Shown here: piece by piece, positions 46,382-56,204 of the stretch
Layout of the letters: the number at the start of each line of letters is the position of its first letter
Position numbering within the stretch: the first letter of the stretch is position 1
From: Bacteroidota bacterium
Lineage (GTDB): Bacteria > Bacteroidota > Bacteroidia > Bacteroidales > ML635J-15
Direction of reading: 5' to 3'
NCBI GenBank assembly: GCA_034658655.1
Contig: JAYEFQ010000134.1
Coordinates: 3,463 to 67,462, forward strand
Length of the DNA stretch: 64,000 nucleotides
Notes under the pieces: model-generated
Told to the model about the DNA's origin: nothing
Seen by the model: the letters and a program-made list of their open reading frames with translations, nothing else
Databases searched by the model: none
Translations under genes and position numbers: made by a program

Positions 46382-47726
46382 CTATTCTTTCACAAATTGC
46401 CCCCAATAAAATTTACCATCTGCATTTACACGAACAGTATAAAGGCCTGAAGTCAGATCAGAAAGGTCAAGTTCAGCACCTGCATTGTACGTTTTATCAA
46501 TACACAATTGTGCTTGTTGATTAAAAATTTTCAAGCGACCTGCTTGCGCGTCAAAATTAATACGGACAAAATCGCTTGCCGGATTTGGGAAAATTTCAAG
46601 TTGATTCATTCTTATGTATTGCACTTGTGCATTTGACGTATAACAATCAGGATTGCAACCTTCCTCCAAACAACCACATTCATCAACCTTGATAACAAGT
46701 GAAGACTGCACGCCGCCCGGAAACATTTCGCTATCGGTGCTTAAATACTCACCAGCCATAATAAAGCCGCCATCACTTGTAGCTGTTAAGCTATATGCCT
46801 TTGTGTAACACCAATCAGCATCCGTATTTTCAGGAAAACATTCATAGTAATTTACCCATTGTACATTGTATTGTGTATCTATCTTTATTAAAAAACACTT
46901 TCCCTGTATAAGATGAATTTATACCAGCAAGGTATATTTCTCCTGTTTCAGACTGATAAACATCATTCACATAATAACTCATATTATTCAAGGAAGAGTT
47001 ACCCCAACTTAAACTCCGCTTCCACAACACATTACCATTGGCATTCATTTCACCTATCCATATGGTGCTACTATCATTGTGGATGCGTGGTGCTCCTGGA
47101 TTAATTGTATTGCGAATATATGGATCACTATAAGTAAATAAAAAATTACCATCTGGTTTTGGAAAAACAAAAGGGCGGTAATTTAAGGTATCATAATGAC
47201 CAAAGGCACAGCGCCACAATTCATTACCCAAGCTATCTACTTTTAAACAATATGCATTTTGGTTTATAACAGACGATGTGGTTATGGGCTCCTCAAAAGT
47301 AAAAACAAAACCACCATCATTTGTAGGACATATTTGTAATGGCCTTTTTATATCAGCATACAGATTACTTGAAGTGGTGCCATACTCCCTGCTAAACATT
47401 AAATTGCCTAAAGTATCCATTTTATGAAAAGACAAGGTAAACTTGTTATTATAATCGAATGCGTAACCAAGTATTAACAAATCTGAGTTGAAGGACTCAA
47501 TAACAAAAAACAATATCCCTTTTTCTATAGTTAATTCAGGATATAACTTTAAAGAAATAGTATCTAAAGTGCTATTTGAAAATTTTATAAGCATTGGATA
47601 AAATCGATTAGCATCATACTCTATATGGCCTGTCAAGTAAATTGCATTTCCATCATTAGCCACAGCCTTTGAATTAAAAGCAAATGTTGTATTTAATAAG
47701 GAGTCAATAAAAAAATCCTCATTCAA
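46382..47726 (-). pseudogene. Disrupted gene for a beta-propeller-repeat protein with a T9SS type-A C-terminal domain (frameshift; no signal peptide)
   Basis: The ORFs at 46842-47726 and 46382-46759 join into one frame if one T is removed from the T6 run (plus-strand A6 at 46890-46895): ...SSYTGKVF-LIKIDTQYNVQWVNYYECFPENTD..., which restores the recurring K.D..GN..W repeat. C-terminus LEIFPNPASD...LTSGLYTVRV is a type-A CTD. The 5' piece starts at a TTG with no signal peptide. Confidence 0.6.
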
Positions 47727-48047
47727 TAGGGCATCTCCATTGTTTGATATATTTTGTAATAAAATTTCATGAGCGTTTCTTCTTTTTTTTGTAAAGATAA
47801 AAATTCAAAATGAGTTGGGAAGAAATCTGTAACGGTTTTTTCTACATTGCTTCAATGATAAATTATTAACGAATAAAAACTTTCATGCCTTTTCACAATA
47901 AAAACCGAAGAGAAATCATTATCTTTACTAATCAAAATAAATTAAAACAATCAAGCGTGAGATATATTGAATTTACAATACATGACAAAATTGCAAGCAC
48001 AGGGCTGAGCAAAGCCTTCCACTTAATATATTTAGCACTCCTAATAT

Positions 48048-51000
48048 TTATTTAAATGCCGCTTCTGACAATCCCTCATCACTCAATCTAAGTTTTTCAA
48101 AATAATCAGGAACCGCTTTACCAGTCAATTTATCAACATAAAGTTTTGCAAGATATTGTGATAACATGAAACCATGTCCGCGTAAGCCAACAAATAATCC
48201 CAATCCTGGATCGACGATATACCGTGGTTCCACATAATATCCACCCCAAACAGCTTGAAAACTAACCGATGACAATTCAGGAATCCAGTCAACAAAAACT
48301 TCAGAAATGATATTCATGAATTCATGGGTATTGACTTTTAAATTTTTATCTGATTCTTGAGGATCAACTGCAGGTGAAGCACAACCAATAATTTGGCCGG
48401 TTTCAGCAAGCTGTTGTCCGTAAACCGCTGAAAATCCCTTGTATTTCCGGCGATCAATCAACATATCAAGCGTATTTCCATCTTTTCCAAGAAAAGGCAA
48501 ACGTTTGGTAATAAATGCCTGATGACGAACAGGATATAATCCCGTATTGATATTTAATTTATTAGCAAATTCCTCAGCCTGAGAACCAAGTGCATTGACA
48601 AAATGCTCGGTTTCAAATTCCTGATAACTATCATCGTGCAATTGAACCAGAGCAATAGTTTTATCACCTTCTTTGTAAAGATCAATAAGTTTACAATCCT
48701 CAAGGACTTTACCACCTTTTTCCTCGCCAATATGTCGGAGTAAATCAATAACTTTCCCTGGAGTTGCTTGCCAACAATCGTTAGTAATAAGCGCAGATTT
48801 ATATTTAGCTATATTTTTATTGAAAGCTGGTGAAATTTCTTTATCAAAATCTTTCGGATCAACCATATAGGCGTCACTCCATGCCATAGAAGCATCTAGT
48901 GATTTATAGGTTGCTTCATCATGAGCAAAACTTATATAGCGAATATCACGATAATCGATGTTGTTAATATCCTGAAGATCCTTAAATATTTTCTTATTTT
49001 CATTTGCAATATCAGCCAAAGCTGGGAGAGAGAAAGCGGGACGTCCACCAGCAATGTTTCGCCATGAGGCACCTCTGCCAGAATTAATCATTACAGGATC
49101 CATTCCGGCATCAGCCATATAACGAAGCAAGGCTGAACCACCAATACCACCACCAGCTATTAATGATTTTACTTTAACACGTTTGGGCTTATCAGATTTC
49201 ACATTTGTATATATGCGTTCACCAGAATTATGTGGATACAACTCTGCCATAGTTACCTGATTGGAAAGCGGAGCACGTGGAGTTGGATCCCCAATAATTT
49301 CAACACCATAAGGTGCAATCATCTGACGTAAACGTTTCACACAACGCGTACCACGACAGGCACCCATTCCCAAACGTGTTGTATGTTTGATTTCGTCAAT
49401 AGAGATGAATTTACGATCTCCAATTACCTCAAGCACACGTTCCAATGTTACATCTTCACAATGACAAACAAAAGTTTTGGAAGGATGCTCATCTGCACCG
49501 TCATCAAGTTCTACTGGCTCTGGATAATTCTCCTTCACAACAAAACCTCGTGCATTCATCAACTCTTCACCATGCAAATCGTGAGATTTCACACGTGCCA
49601 TATTGGTTTTATTCGGTTTTTTCTGAATTTTTTCAATCACCCCTTCACCAATTTTCTCACCATTGCTATCAACAAGGTAAACATCAGCACCTACTTCTAC
49701 TTCGTATTCAATTGGTAAAAATATCCAATCTTTTTTCAAATTATAACCGAAAATTGCCAATCCCGGACATTGAGTAACACATTTCATGCAACCAACACAT
49801 TTATCAAAGTCAATTTGAGGGACTGTACTGGTAGATGTTTTGGTAATTGCACCATAAGGACAAGAAAATGCACAAGGATTACATGCAAACCCATAAAGAC
49901 AGTCGATTAACACAAATGGTTTTGCCATTGCACGTGCTTCATCAGGTTTGTATGGCTCATCAATGATTTTCACAGGATGCTGCTGTGATTCAATATATTC
50001 TTTGGATACTGCAAGATAATCGTCATAATCATAACGATTTTTCATGGCGTCTAAAATTTCGTAAGCAGTTTGTTTTCCTTTCAGGACAGCACTTGTTCCT
50101 TCTCCGATTCGTAAGGCATCACCAACTGCATATATATTTCGTCCGAAAACTTGTTCGCCTTTTTCTTTCAACTGATCATCAGGAATTAATCCAGTACACA
50201 CATTAATTGCATCAATGCCATAAATTTTCTGTTCCGTTCCCGGGATAGGTTTAAAATTTTCAGATTTTGCAATCACGGCACCAATAATTCCGGTATTATC
50301 ATCATTCGGAATGGCTTTAAGCAGAATATAACCGGTTTTAATTGGGATTCCTAATCGTCTGACACGATTTGCCTGCACAGGAAATCCGCCTTCATGAGGC
50401 ATAGCTTCAATAATGGCTTTCACATTTGCTCCGGCTTGCATTAACTGGTATGATGTAAGATAACCAATATTTCCGGCACCAATTGTCAGAATATTTTTAC
50501 CTAAAAGAGTAAACTCTTGGTTCATCATTTTCTGGATAACTGCAGCAGTATAAACGCCAGGTACATCGTCATTCTCGAAGCCAGGCATAAAAGGAACTGC
50601 ACCGGTTGCTATGATAAGATGATCGGCAAGCACATAAAATATTTCATTCGTATGGATATTTTTAACGGCAAGGCGTTTGTCTTCTAAAATATCCCAAACC
50701 GTAGCACTTAAAATAATTCCATCAGTATCTTCACCAGCGAGTGTATTGGCAATATCAAAACCACGCATTCCGCCATATTTCTTTTCTTTTTCAAAAAAGA
50801 AAAACTGATGGGTCTGCATATTAAACTGTCCTCCGATTTTATCATTGTTATCAATGACAATATTATCCACATTGTGCGCATTTAACAGTTCGCGGGCAGC
50901 GAGTCCGGCAGGACCAGCACCAATAATGGCAACCTGTGTTTTGTAAATGGCATATGGCTCATCAGCTTGTGCAGACTCAACTGAAGGTCGATATTCCTTT

Positions 51001-51281
51001 GGGATTTCACGAACTTCTTTTACTCCATCAACAGGTGTAATACATATTCGTTTGATTTTTCCATCAACAAGCATTTCACAAGCTCCACATTTACCAATAC
51101 CACATTCAAGCGAACGATTTCGATTTTGAATGGAGTGTGAATGCACAGGATATCCTGCTTGATGTAAAGCCGCAGCAATGGTAAATCCCTTTTCTGCCTC
51201 AATAATGTTTCCCTCATAACGAAAGCTAACCTTTTCAGGTTTAGGAATATCTAAAATCGGATGTTGATTAATTTTATGCAT
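48048..51281 (-). CDS. Multidomain FAD/Fe-S oxidoreductase: single-chain fusion of HcnA-like 2Fe-2S, HcnB/OoxA-like FAD/NAD(P) module, 2x[4Fe-4S] ferredoxin, BFD-like [2Fe-2S] and HcnC/OoxB/DAO-like FAD dehydrogenase
   Basis: aa ~55-80 ECGIGKCGACEMLVDG. aa ~115 VAIIGAGPAGLAA, with a second Rossmann TIGAGNIGYL and AVGDA. aa ~470-525 CNPCAFSCP...CVGCMKCVTQCP. aa ~610-660 CHCEDVT...GMGACRGTRC. aa ~705 LIAGGGIGGSALL, followed by a DAO-type domain to the C-terminus. Confidence 0.75.
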   Translation of the reverse strand: MHKINQHPILDIPKPEKVSFRYEGNIIEAEKGFTIAAALHQAGYPVHSHSIQNRNRSLECGIGKCGACEMLVDGKIKRICITPVDGVKEVREIPKEYRPSVESAQADEPYAIYKTQVAIIGAGPAGLAARELLNAHNVDNIVIDNNDKIGGQFNMQTHQFFFFEKEKKYGGMRGFDIANTLAGEDTDGIILSATVWDILEDKRLAVKNIHTNEIFYVLADHLIIATGAVPFMPGFENDDVPGVYTAAVIQKMMNQEFTLLGKNILTIGAGNIGYLTSYQLMQAGANVKAIIEAMPHEGGFPVQANRVRRLGIPIKTGYILLKAIPNDDNTGIIGAVIAKSENFKPIPGTEQKIYGIDAINVCTGLIPDDQLKEKGEQVFGRNIYAVGDALRIGEGTSAVLKGKQTAYEILDAMKNRYDYDDYLAVSKEYIESQQHPVKIIDEPYKPDEARAMAKPFVLIDCLYGFACNPCAFSCPYGAITKTSTSTVPQIDFDKCVGCMKCVTQCPGLAIFGYNLKKDWIFLPIEYEVEVGADVYLVDSNGEKIGEGVIEKIQKKPNKTNMARVKSHDLHGEELMNARGFVVKENYPEPVELDDGADEHPSKTFVCHCEDVTLERVLEVIGDRKFISIDEIKHTTRLGMGACRGTRCVKRLRQMIAPYGVEIIGDPTPRAPLSNQVTMAELYPHNSGERIYTNVKSDKPKRVKVKSLIAGGGIGGSALLRYMADAGMDPVMINSGRGASWRNIAGGRPAFSLPALADIANENKKIFKDLQDINNIDYRDIRYISFAHDEATYKSLDASMAWSDAYMVDPKDFDKEISPAFNKNIAKYKSALITNDCWQATPGKVIDLLRHIGEEKGGKVLEDCKLIDLYKEGDKTIALVQLHDDSYQEFETEHFVNALGSQAEEFANKLNINTGLYPVRHQAFITKRLPFLGKDGNTLDMLIDRRKYKGFSAVYGQQLAETGQIIGCASPAVDPQESDKNLKVNTHEFMNIISEVFVDWIPELSSVSFQAVWGGYYVEPRYIVDPGLGLFVGLRGHGFMLSQYLAKLYVDKLTGKAVPDYFEKLRLSDEGLSEAAFK

Positions 51282-51426
51282 AACTCAAATATTAAACGCT
51301 AAACAGCACCTAAAAGTCTGCAATAATTATTAAAAGACAAATGAGATTTATCAGCTTTTTCCTTTGTAAAATTCAAGCAGCATGATATTCCTAAACAAAT
51401 ATGACGCAAGCATTTAGAAAACACAC

Positions 51427-51690
51427 TTAATTTTGCTGCCTTAACTCGTTATAATACGCTTTCAGTCTTTCTTTTCGTATTTGGGCAATTTCGTACCAAG
51501 GTATTCCTGAAATTGCACCATCAATCGAAAACAAAATGGTTCTGCCGGCATTTTTATCAATGGTAATAACTTTAGCGAATGCATTTTCTGCACCGGTTTG
51601 CTGCAATTCTTCCAAGCTGTTAATCCCAACCCTATTCAACTTCAATTCAAGCACTTTCCCAATGTTAAGTGCATCACATAATTTTGTCAT
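51427..51690 (-). CDS. TfoX C-terminal-domain (HhH) small protein
   Basis: 87 aa. LNIGKVLELKLNRVGINSLEELQQTGAENAFAKV resembles the TfoX_C helix-hairpin-helix domain. Confidence 0.55.
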   Translation of the reverse strand: MTKLCDALNIGKVLELKLNRVGINSLEELQQTGAENAFAKVITIDKNAGRTILFSIDGAISGIPWYEIAQIRKERLKAYYNELRQQN

Positions 51691-51899
51691 GTTAAATCTC
51701 CCTAATAAATAAACAATTTGTTAAATCTGAACGCATAAAATTATAAATATATTTCCATAATTAAACAAAAACATCGAATTTAGCACTAACTTTTATAGTT
51801 TATACAATCATTTAACCTGCATCACTCATAAAAATAATATAAAAACACTTGTAGGTTTAATTTTCAACAACAAAAACAAAAATTCTAATAAGGATGTTT

Positions 51900-53435
51900 T
51901 TATTCGCTTTTTACGAGTGCTTTTATTTCATGCCAAATGAAGATATCCGCCAGTATAATTGGTCGATATTTCCCATACCAAACGAAGTTTCGCAGGCGCA
52001 TTTCAAGTGGATCAGTATCTTTTTCGGGCATAAAAACGCCATCGGGTGAACCGATAAAGTCAATTCGTCGGACTTGTCCGTCTTTGCGGTAAATTGTCAT
52101 GGAATTACTCACTTCTTTATTCACACCAATGATTTCATCTGTTTTATCATCGCGTCCATAATAGATGGTTTCGGCATTGCTCAAAACATCAATTTTATGC
52201 AATTCATTATCCCGTATCCAGGCTATCATATCTCTACCTGAAATTTGCGAATAGCGGATACTATCTTCTTGCATCACAATAAAAGCCGAATTTTTCATAT
52301 TGAGCTGTTCAGCTACCCCATTGCGCATTTTCATTTCAATTGTATCAGCAGTAATTTGGCTTTCGCCAGACCACAATATTGGGTTACCATACATCACAGA
52401 AACAGAATCTGAGTCGAAATAAACGAGAGAATCACATCTGCCCTGCATATCTTCCTTGAAAATTTGCACTTTATAATAGGCTGAAATCCGCCTTGCTGAA
52501 TCGCCCACCTCTTGCATAAAAACCGTATCTGCGTGGATATAGGTTGTATCAAGATTATCGTAATACATAACTAATGCAGAATCTGTTATGAATGATTTTC
52601 CGGTGAGTTCATCGTATTCGGCATAATTACCGGAGCCTGCAAATTGCTCTACAGTATCAAGCATATATATATTACGCCATGCTTTCCCGTACCGTATATT
52701 TCGGTCGTAAAACAGTGAGTCTGCCCAAATGGTTTGAGATTGTTGATACAGAATCGTATTTTCCCCAAAGGCAGAAATATCATTTTCAGTATCGTACCAA
52801 CCAATTTCACATTTAATGCGAGATGAATCACTAATTATATGTGTTGGACCAAGAAAATCAGTAATTTTCGACTCGGTATTATATTTTAATGTGTCAGCAA
52901 AAATGGTATAATCAGGATGAATTAAACGAACAGAATCGACAGCGAAATAGTCTTTTGTATCTGGATAGTAATACCCGTAATAACTTGACAAGTCGATATC
53001 TTCATGATCAATTTCTCCAAAATCGAAATAATATCCGATGTTTTTTTGACGGTCAAAGTTTAATGAATCGGTTATTAATCGCGACCCCTTGTGAATTAAA
53101 ACTACGGAATCCCGCATTTTGGCCATTCGAGTCTTTCCGTTATAACTCATAAATTTCCCAGTCATATTTACAGAGTCGCCTTGCTCAATACGAACTGACC
53201 CATAAGCATCCATGGTATTTGCTGACGGGAAAAACCAAGCAGAATCGCAATACATCATTGCATCTTCGTGCTTAAACACCACATTTCCGATAAGCCGACG
53301 AGCTGTAATCCCACTTGAGCGGTCAAAACGAGCTTCATCTGCATTCAGAACATTAATTTTCCGAACTTGCTGAGCATTGGATAAAAGCGGGAAGCACAAA
53401 AGTGCCACAAAAAGATATTTTAATAAAGACTTCAT
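51900..53435 (-). CDS. Secreted OstA/LptD-N-terminal-like repeat protein
   Basis: Signal peptide (LLSNAQQ). Repeated beta-jellyroll-like segments (ADEARFDR..., GNVVFKHEDAMMYCDSAWF, GSVRIEQGD) as in OstA-like domains. The start overlaps the MoxR stop by 1 nt. Confidence 0.5.
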   Translation of the reverse strand: MKSLLKYLFVALLCFPLLSNAQQVRKINVLNADEARFDRSSGITARRLIGNVVFKHEDAMMYCDSAWFFPSANTMDAYGSVRIEQGDSVNMTGKFMSYNGKTRMAKMRDSVVLIHKGSRLITDSLNFDRQKNIGYYFDFGEIDHEDIDLSSYYGYYYPDTKDYFAVDSVRLIHPDYTIFADTLKYNTESKITDFLGPTHIISDSSRIKCEIGWYDTENDISAFGENTILYQQSQTIWADSLFYDRNIRYGKAWRNIYMLDTVEQFAGSGNYAEYDELTGKSFITDSALVMYYDNLDTTYIHADTVFMQEVGDSARRISAYYKVQIFKEDMQGRCDSLVYFDSDSVSVMYGNPILWSGESQITADTIEMKMRNGVAEQLNMKNSAFIVMQEDSIRYSQISGRDMIAWIRDNELHKIDVLSNAETIYYGRDDKTDEIIGVNKEVSNSMTIYRKDGQVRRIDFIGSPDGVFMPEKDTDPLEMRLRNFVWYGKYRPIILADIFIWHEIKALVKSE

Positions 53436-54406
53436 TAATCTTTCAAATAGGCATCGATAATATCTTCAACAGTTAAAGATTCGGCTTCAGCTTTGTAGTT
53501 TTTCATAATACGATGGCGAAGAATAATTTTTGCAACCGCCTTTACGTCTTCAATATCTGGAGAGTATTTTCCATGTAAAACAGCATGAGTTTTTGCTCCG
53601 ATAATTAAATATTGTGATGCACGTGGACCTGCTCCCCATTGAATGTATTTTTCTGTTAATTCATGCTGATATTTTGTGCCCGGTCGTGTTTTTGCAACTA
53701 AACCAACTGCATAATTTAACACTTGATCGTTCACCGGAATTTTTCGAATTAATTTCTGAAACCCAACAATTTCTTCTGCAGTCATCACATTTTGCACTTC
53801 AAAATCAAAATCGGCTGTAGTATTTTTAACAATGGTAATTTCATCCTCAAAAGATGGGTAATCAACATAAATGTTAAACATAAAACGATCTAACTGTGCT
53901 TCGGGCAAAGGATAAGTTCCTTCCTGCTCAATAGGATTTTGAGTCGCCATCACAAAAAATGGTTCTTCTAATTTATAATTCGTTCCTGCAGTAGTTATTG
54001 AACGCTCCTGCATAGCTTCAAGCAGTGCCGCCTGAGTTTTAGGAGGCGTTCTGTTAATTTCATCGGCAAGAACAAAATTCGCAAATAATGGACCCTTAAT
54101 AAATCGAAATTGCCGTTTTTCATCCAAAATTTCCGTTCCAATAATATCAGACGGCATTAGATCTGGAGTAAACTGTATGCGCTTATTTTTTAATCCTAAT
54201 GCATTGGCAATAGTTGTTACCAATAATGTTTTAGCTAATCCGGGAACACCTACCAACAAACAATGTCCTCGAGAAAAAATACTAATAAGAACCTCTTCAA
54301 TTACCTGATCCTGACCATATATTACTTTTTTTATCTCATCCAACAATTGGGTATATTTTTCATTCAATATCCGAACTGCTTCAACGTCATTTCTTTTGTT
54401 TTCCAT
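53435..54406 (-). CDS. MoxR-family AAA+ ATPase
   Basis: Walker A LLVGVPGLAKT, Walker B VLADEINR, sensor region ATQNPIEQEGTYPLPEAQLDRF. 323 aa. Confidence 0.9.
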   Translation of the reverse strand: MENKRNDVEAVRILNEKYTQLLDEIKKVIYGQDQVIEEVLISIFSRGHCLLVGVPGLAKTLLVTTIANALGLKNKRIQFTPDLMPSDIIGTEILDEKRQFRFIKGPLFANFVLADEINRTPPKTQAALLEAMQERSITTAGTNYKLEEPFFVMATQNPIEQEGTYPLPEAQLDRFMFNIYVDYPSFEDEITIVKNTTADFDFEVQNVMTAEEIVGFQKLIRKIPVNDQVLNYAVGLVAKTRPGTKYQHELTEKYIQWGAGPRASQYLIIGAKTHAVLHGKYSPDIEDVKAVAKIILRHRIMKNYKAEAESLTVEDIIDAYLKD

Positions 54407-54499
54407 TCTTTTCTGATTTGTAACAAATGTACAACTTATTCATGAAAAAAAAAGTATCTCAGAGAAGATGATTTTTTTTAAAGGGTGAAAAAATTATAT

Positions 54500-54507
54500 T
54501 AATTTTG
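54500..54507 (+). promoter_or_regulatory. Candidate -7 promoter box (TAATTTTG)
   Basis: Matches TAnnTTTG 22 nt upstream of the ATG at 54529. Tentative. Confidence 0.3.
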
Positions 54508-54528
54508 TAAAAATAAAAATTTGATATT

Positions 54529-54987
54529 ATGATTCAACGCATACAAACATTATTCCTAATTGGCGCAATGATTTCTTTAGGAGTCTTATTTTTAATTCCA
54601 TTGGGGCATCTAATCCCGCCAAATGAAATGATTTTAAATTTTCAATTCAATGGCATTCAAGCAGATAAAATTGTTGAAAATGCATATCAGACTATCCCAT
54701 TAACAATACTAATGGGCATGACCGTTTTTTTAAGTTTTATCACAATTCTCATGTATAAAAACCGTATTTTACAGATTCGCTTGTCGGGAATAAATATTTT
54801 TCTGATTATCGGACAAACCGGCATGTTTTTATACTATTTCTTTGATGCGGCAAAACAAATTGATGCCGAAAAACAATTTAACATAAGCATTGTACTACCA
54901 ATTGTTGCTATAATCTTCCTTTACCTTGCAATACGTGGCATTGCCAGAGATGAAGCCTTAGTGAAAGCAGCCGACAGAATTCGTTAA
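54529..54987 (+). CDS. Small integral membrane protein (DUF4293-like)
   Basis: MIQRIQTLFLIGA start and four predicted TM helices, as I recall for DUF4293. 152 aa. Confidence 0.55.
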   Translation: MIQRIQTLFLIGAMISLGVLFLIPLGHLIPPNEMILNFQFNGIQADKIVENAYQTIPLTILMGMTVFLSFITILMYKNRILQIRLSGINIFLIIGQTGMFLYYFFDAAKQIDAEKQFNISIVLPIVAIIFLYLAIRGIARDEALVKAADRIR

Positions 54988-55658
54988 TGAGTGTCGCGAG
55001 CGCCAAAAATAATACTCCCGACTCGAACCATTGTCGCTCCTTCTTCAATCGCAATTTTATAATCGGCGGACATTCCCATGCTAATTTCTGAAAAGGCATC
55101 ACTATTTGGAAAGAATCGGGTTTTTAATTGTTCGAAGATTGATTTTAAGTGCTTAAATTCTCTACGAACCTGACCCATATCCTCAGTAAAGGTTGCCATA
55201 CCCATCACACCGCAAATTCTAACATTTCCAAAGCCATGAAAGCTATCTGATTCAAGCATTTGCTCAGCCTCCTGCATATCCAGACCGAATTTTGTATCCT
55301 CCTCTGCAATATGAAATTGCAAAAGACAATCAATTGTACGTTCTGCTTTAGCTGCTTCTTTATTAATTGATCGCAACAATTTCATTCTGTCCACAGAATG
55401 AATCATATGTATCCAAGGAGCAATATATTTAACTTTGTTAGTCTGCAAATGCCCTATCATATGCCATTGAATATCTTTTGGCATTTCAGGATATTTTGCC
55501 TGTAATTCCTGCACCTTGTTTTCCCCAAAGACTCGCTGTCCAGCTTCATACGCATGCAAAATTACTGAAACAGGCTTTGTTTTTGATACCGCAACCAATT
55601 GAACCTGTTCCGGAAGTTGAGATTTTAAATTATTTAATTGTTGATGTATGGGTAACAT
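54984..55658 (-). CDS. yggS: YggS-family pyridoxal-5'-phosphate homeostasis protein
   Basis: LVAVSKTKP (PLP lysine), FGENKVQE, HMIGHLQTNKVK, SMGMSADY. Confidence 0.9.
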   Translation of the reverse strand: MLPIHQQLNNLKSQLPEQVQLVAVSKTKPVSVILHAYEAGQRVFGENKVQELQAKYPEMPKDIQWHMIGHLQTNKVKYIAPWIHMIHSVDRMKLLRSINKEAAKAERTIDCLLQFHIAEEDTKFGLDMQEAEQMLESDSFHGFGNVRICGVMGMATFTEDMGQVRREFKHLKSIFEQLKTRFFPNSDAFSEISMGMSADYKIAIEEGATMVRVGSIIFGARDTH

Positions 55659-55975
55659 ATCTTATTTTTTTGCAAAATTAGTGATTTTATATGCAAAACA
55701 CTAAAATTCTTGGCTCTATTAAACAACATTATTGTTTCAAATATTTTGTCATCTTGAAAAATGTTTTAATCAAATTGATTTTATTGATATTTTTATTTTT
55801 GATGATGAAAAATTGGTAAAATAATTATTAAGTGTTTAATAAATATAAAATATCGAATATCAAATGAAAAATGATAAAGTTAGATATGATTTACAGAATC
55901 TATATAAACACATATCGATATAATTATATTGCCTCTATTAAAACAAAAATATCTGGAAAACTCAAAATTGCAAGT

Positions 55976-56054
55976 ATTATGCCGATGTAGATTCAACACA
56001 AATAGGCGTAGCAAAGCGTAGCCTATCGGTAGTTTTGAATCACAATCGGTATAA
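55976..56054. repeat. Dispersed ~80-nt intergenic element, copy B (inverted relative to 26078-26147)
   Basis: tattatgccgatgtagattcaacacaaataggcgtagcaaagcgtagcctatcggtagttttgaatcacaatcggtataa. Its reverse complement aligns with copy A. Contains the internal duplication gcgtagc-aaa-gcgtagc. Confidence 0.75.
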
Positions 56055-56204
56055 CACCATTTTTTTAAATAGAGCCAAATTCTTTGAAAATATCTTCAAA
56101 GGAAATCGCATGAATAATGCTGGGTAATAATCAAAATAATATCATGTGTTTTCTATTGAATTAATATTTTTTGTAACTTCGTACTGATATTAGAAGTTGG
56201 TACA

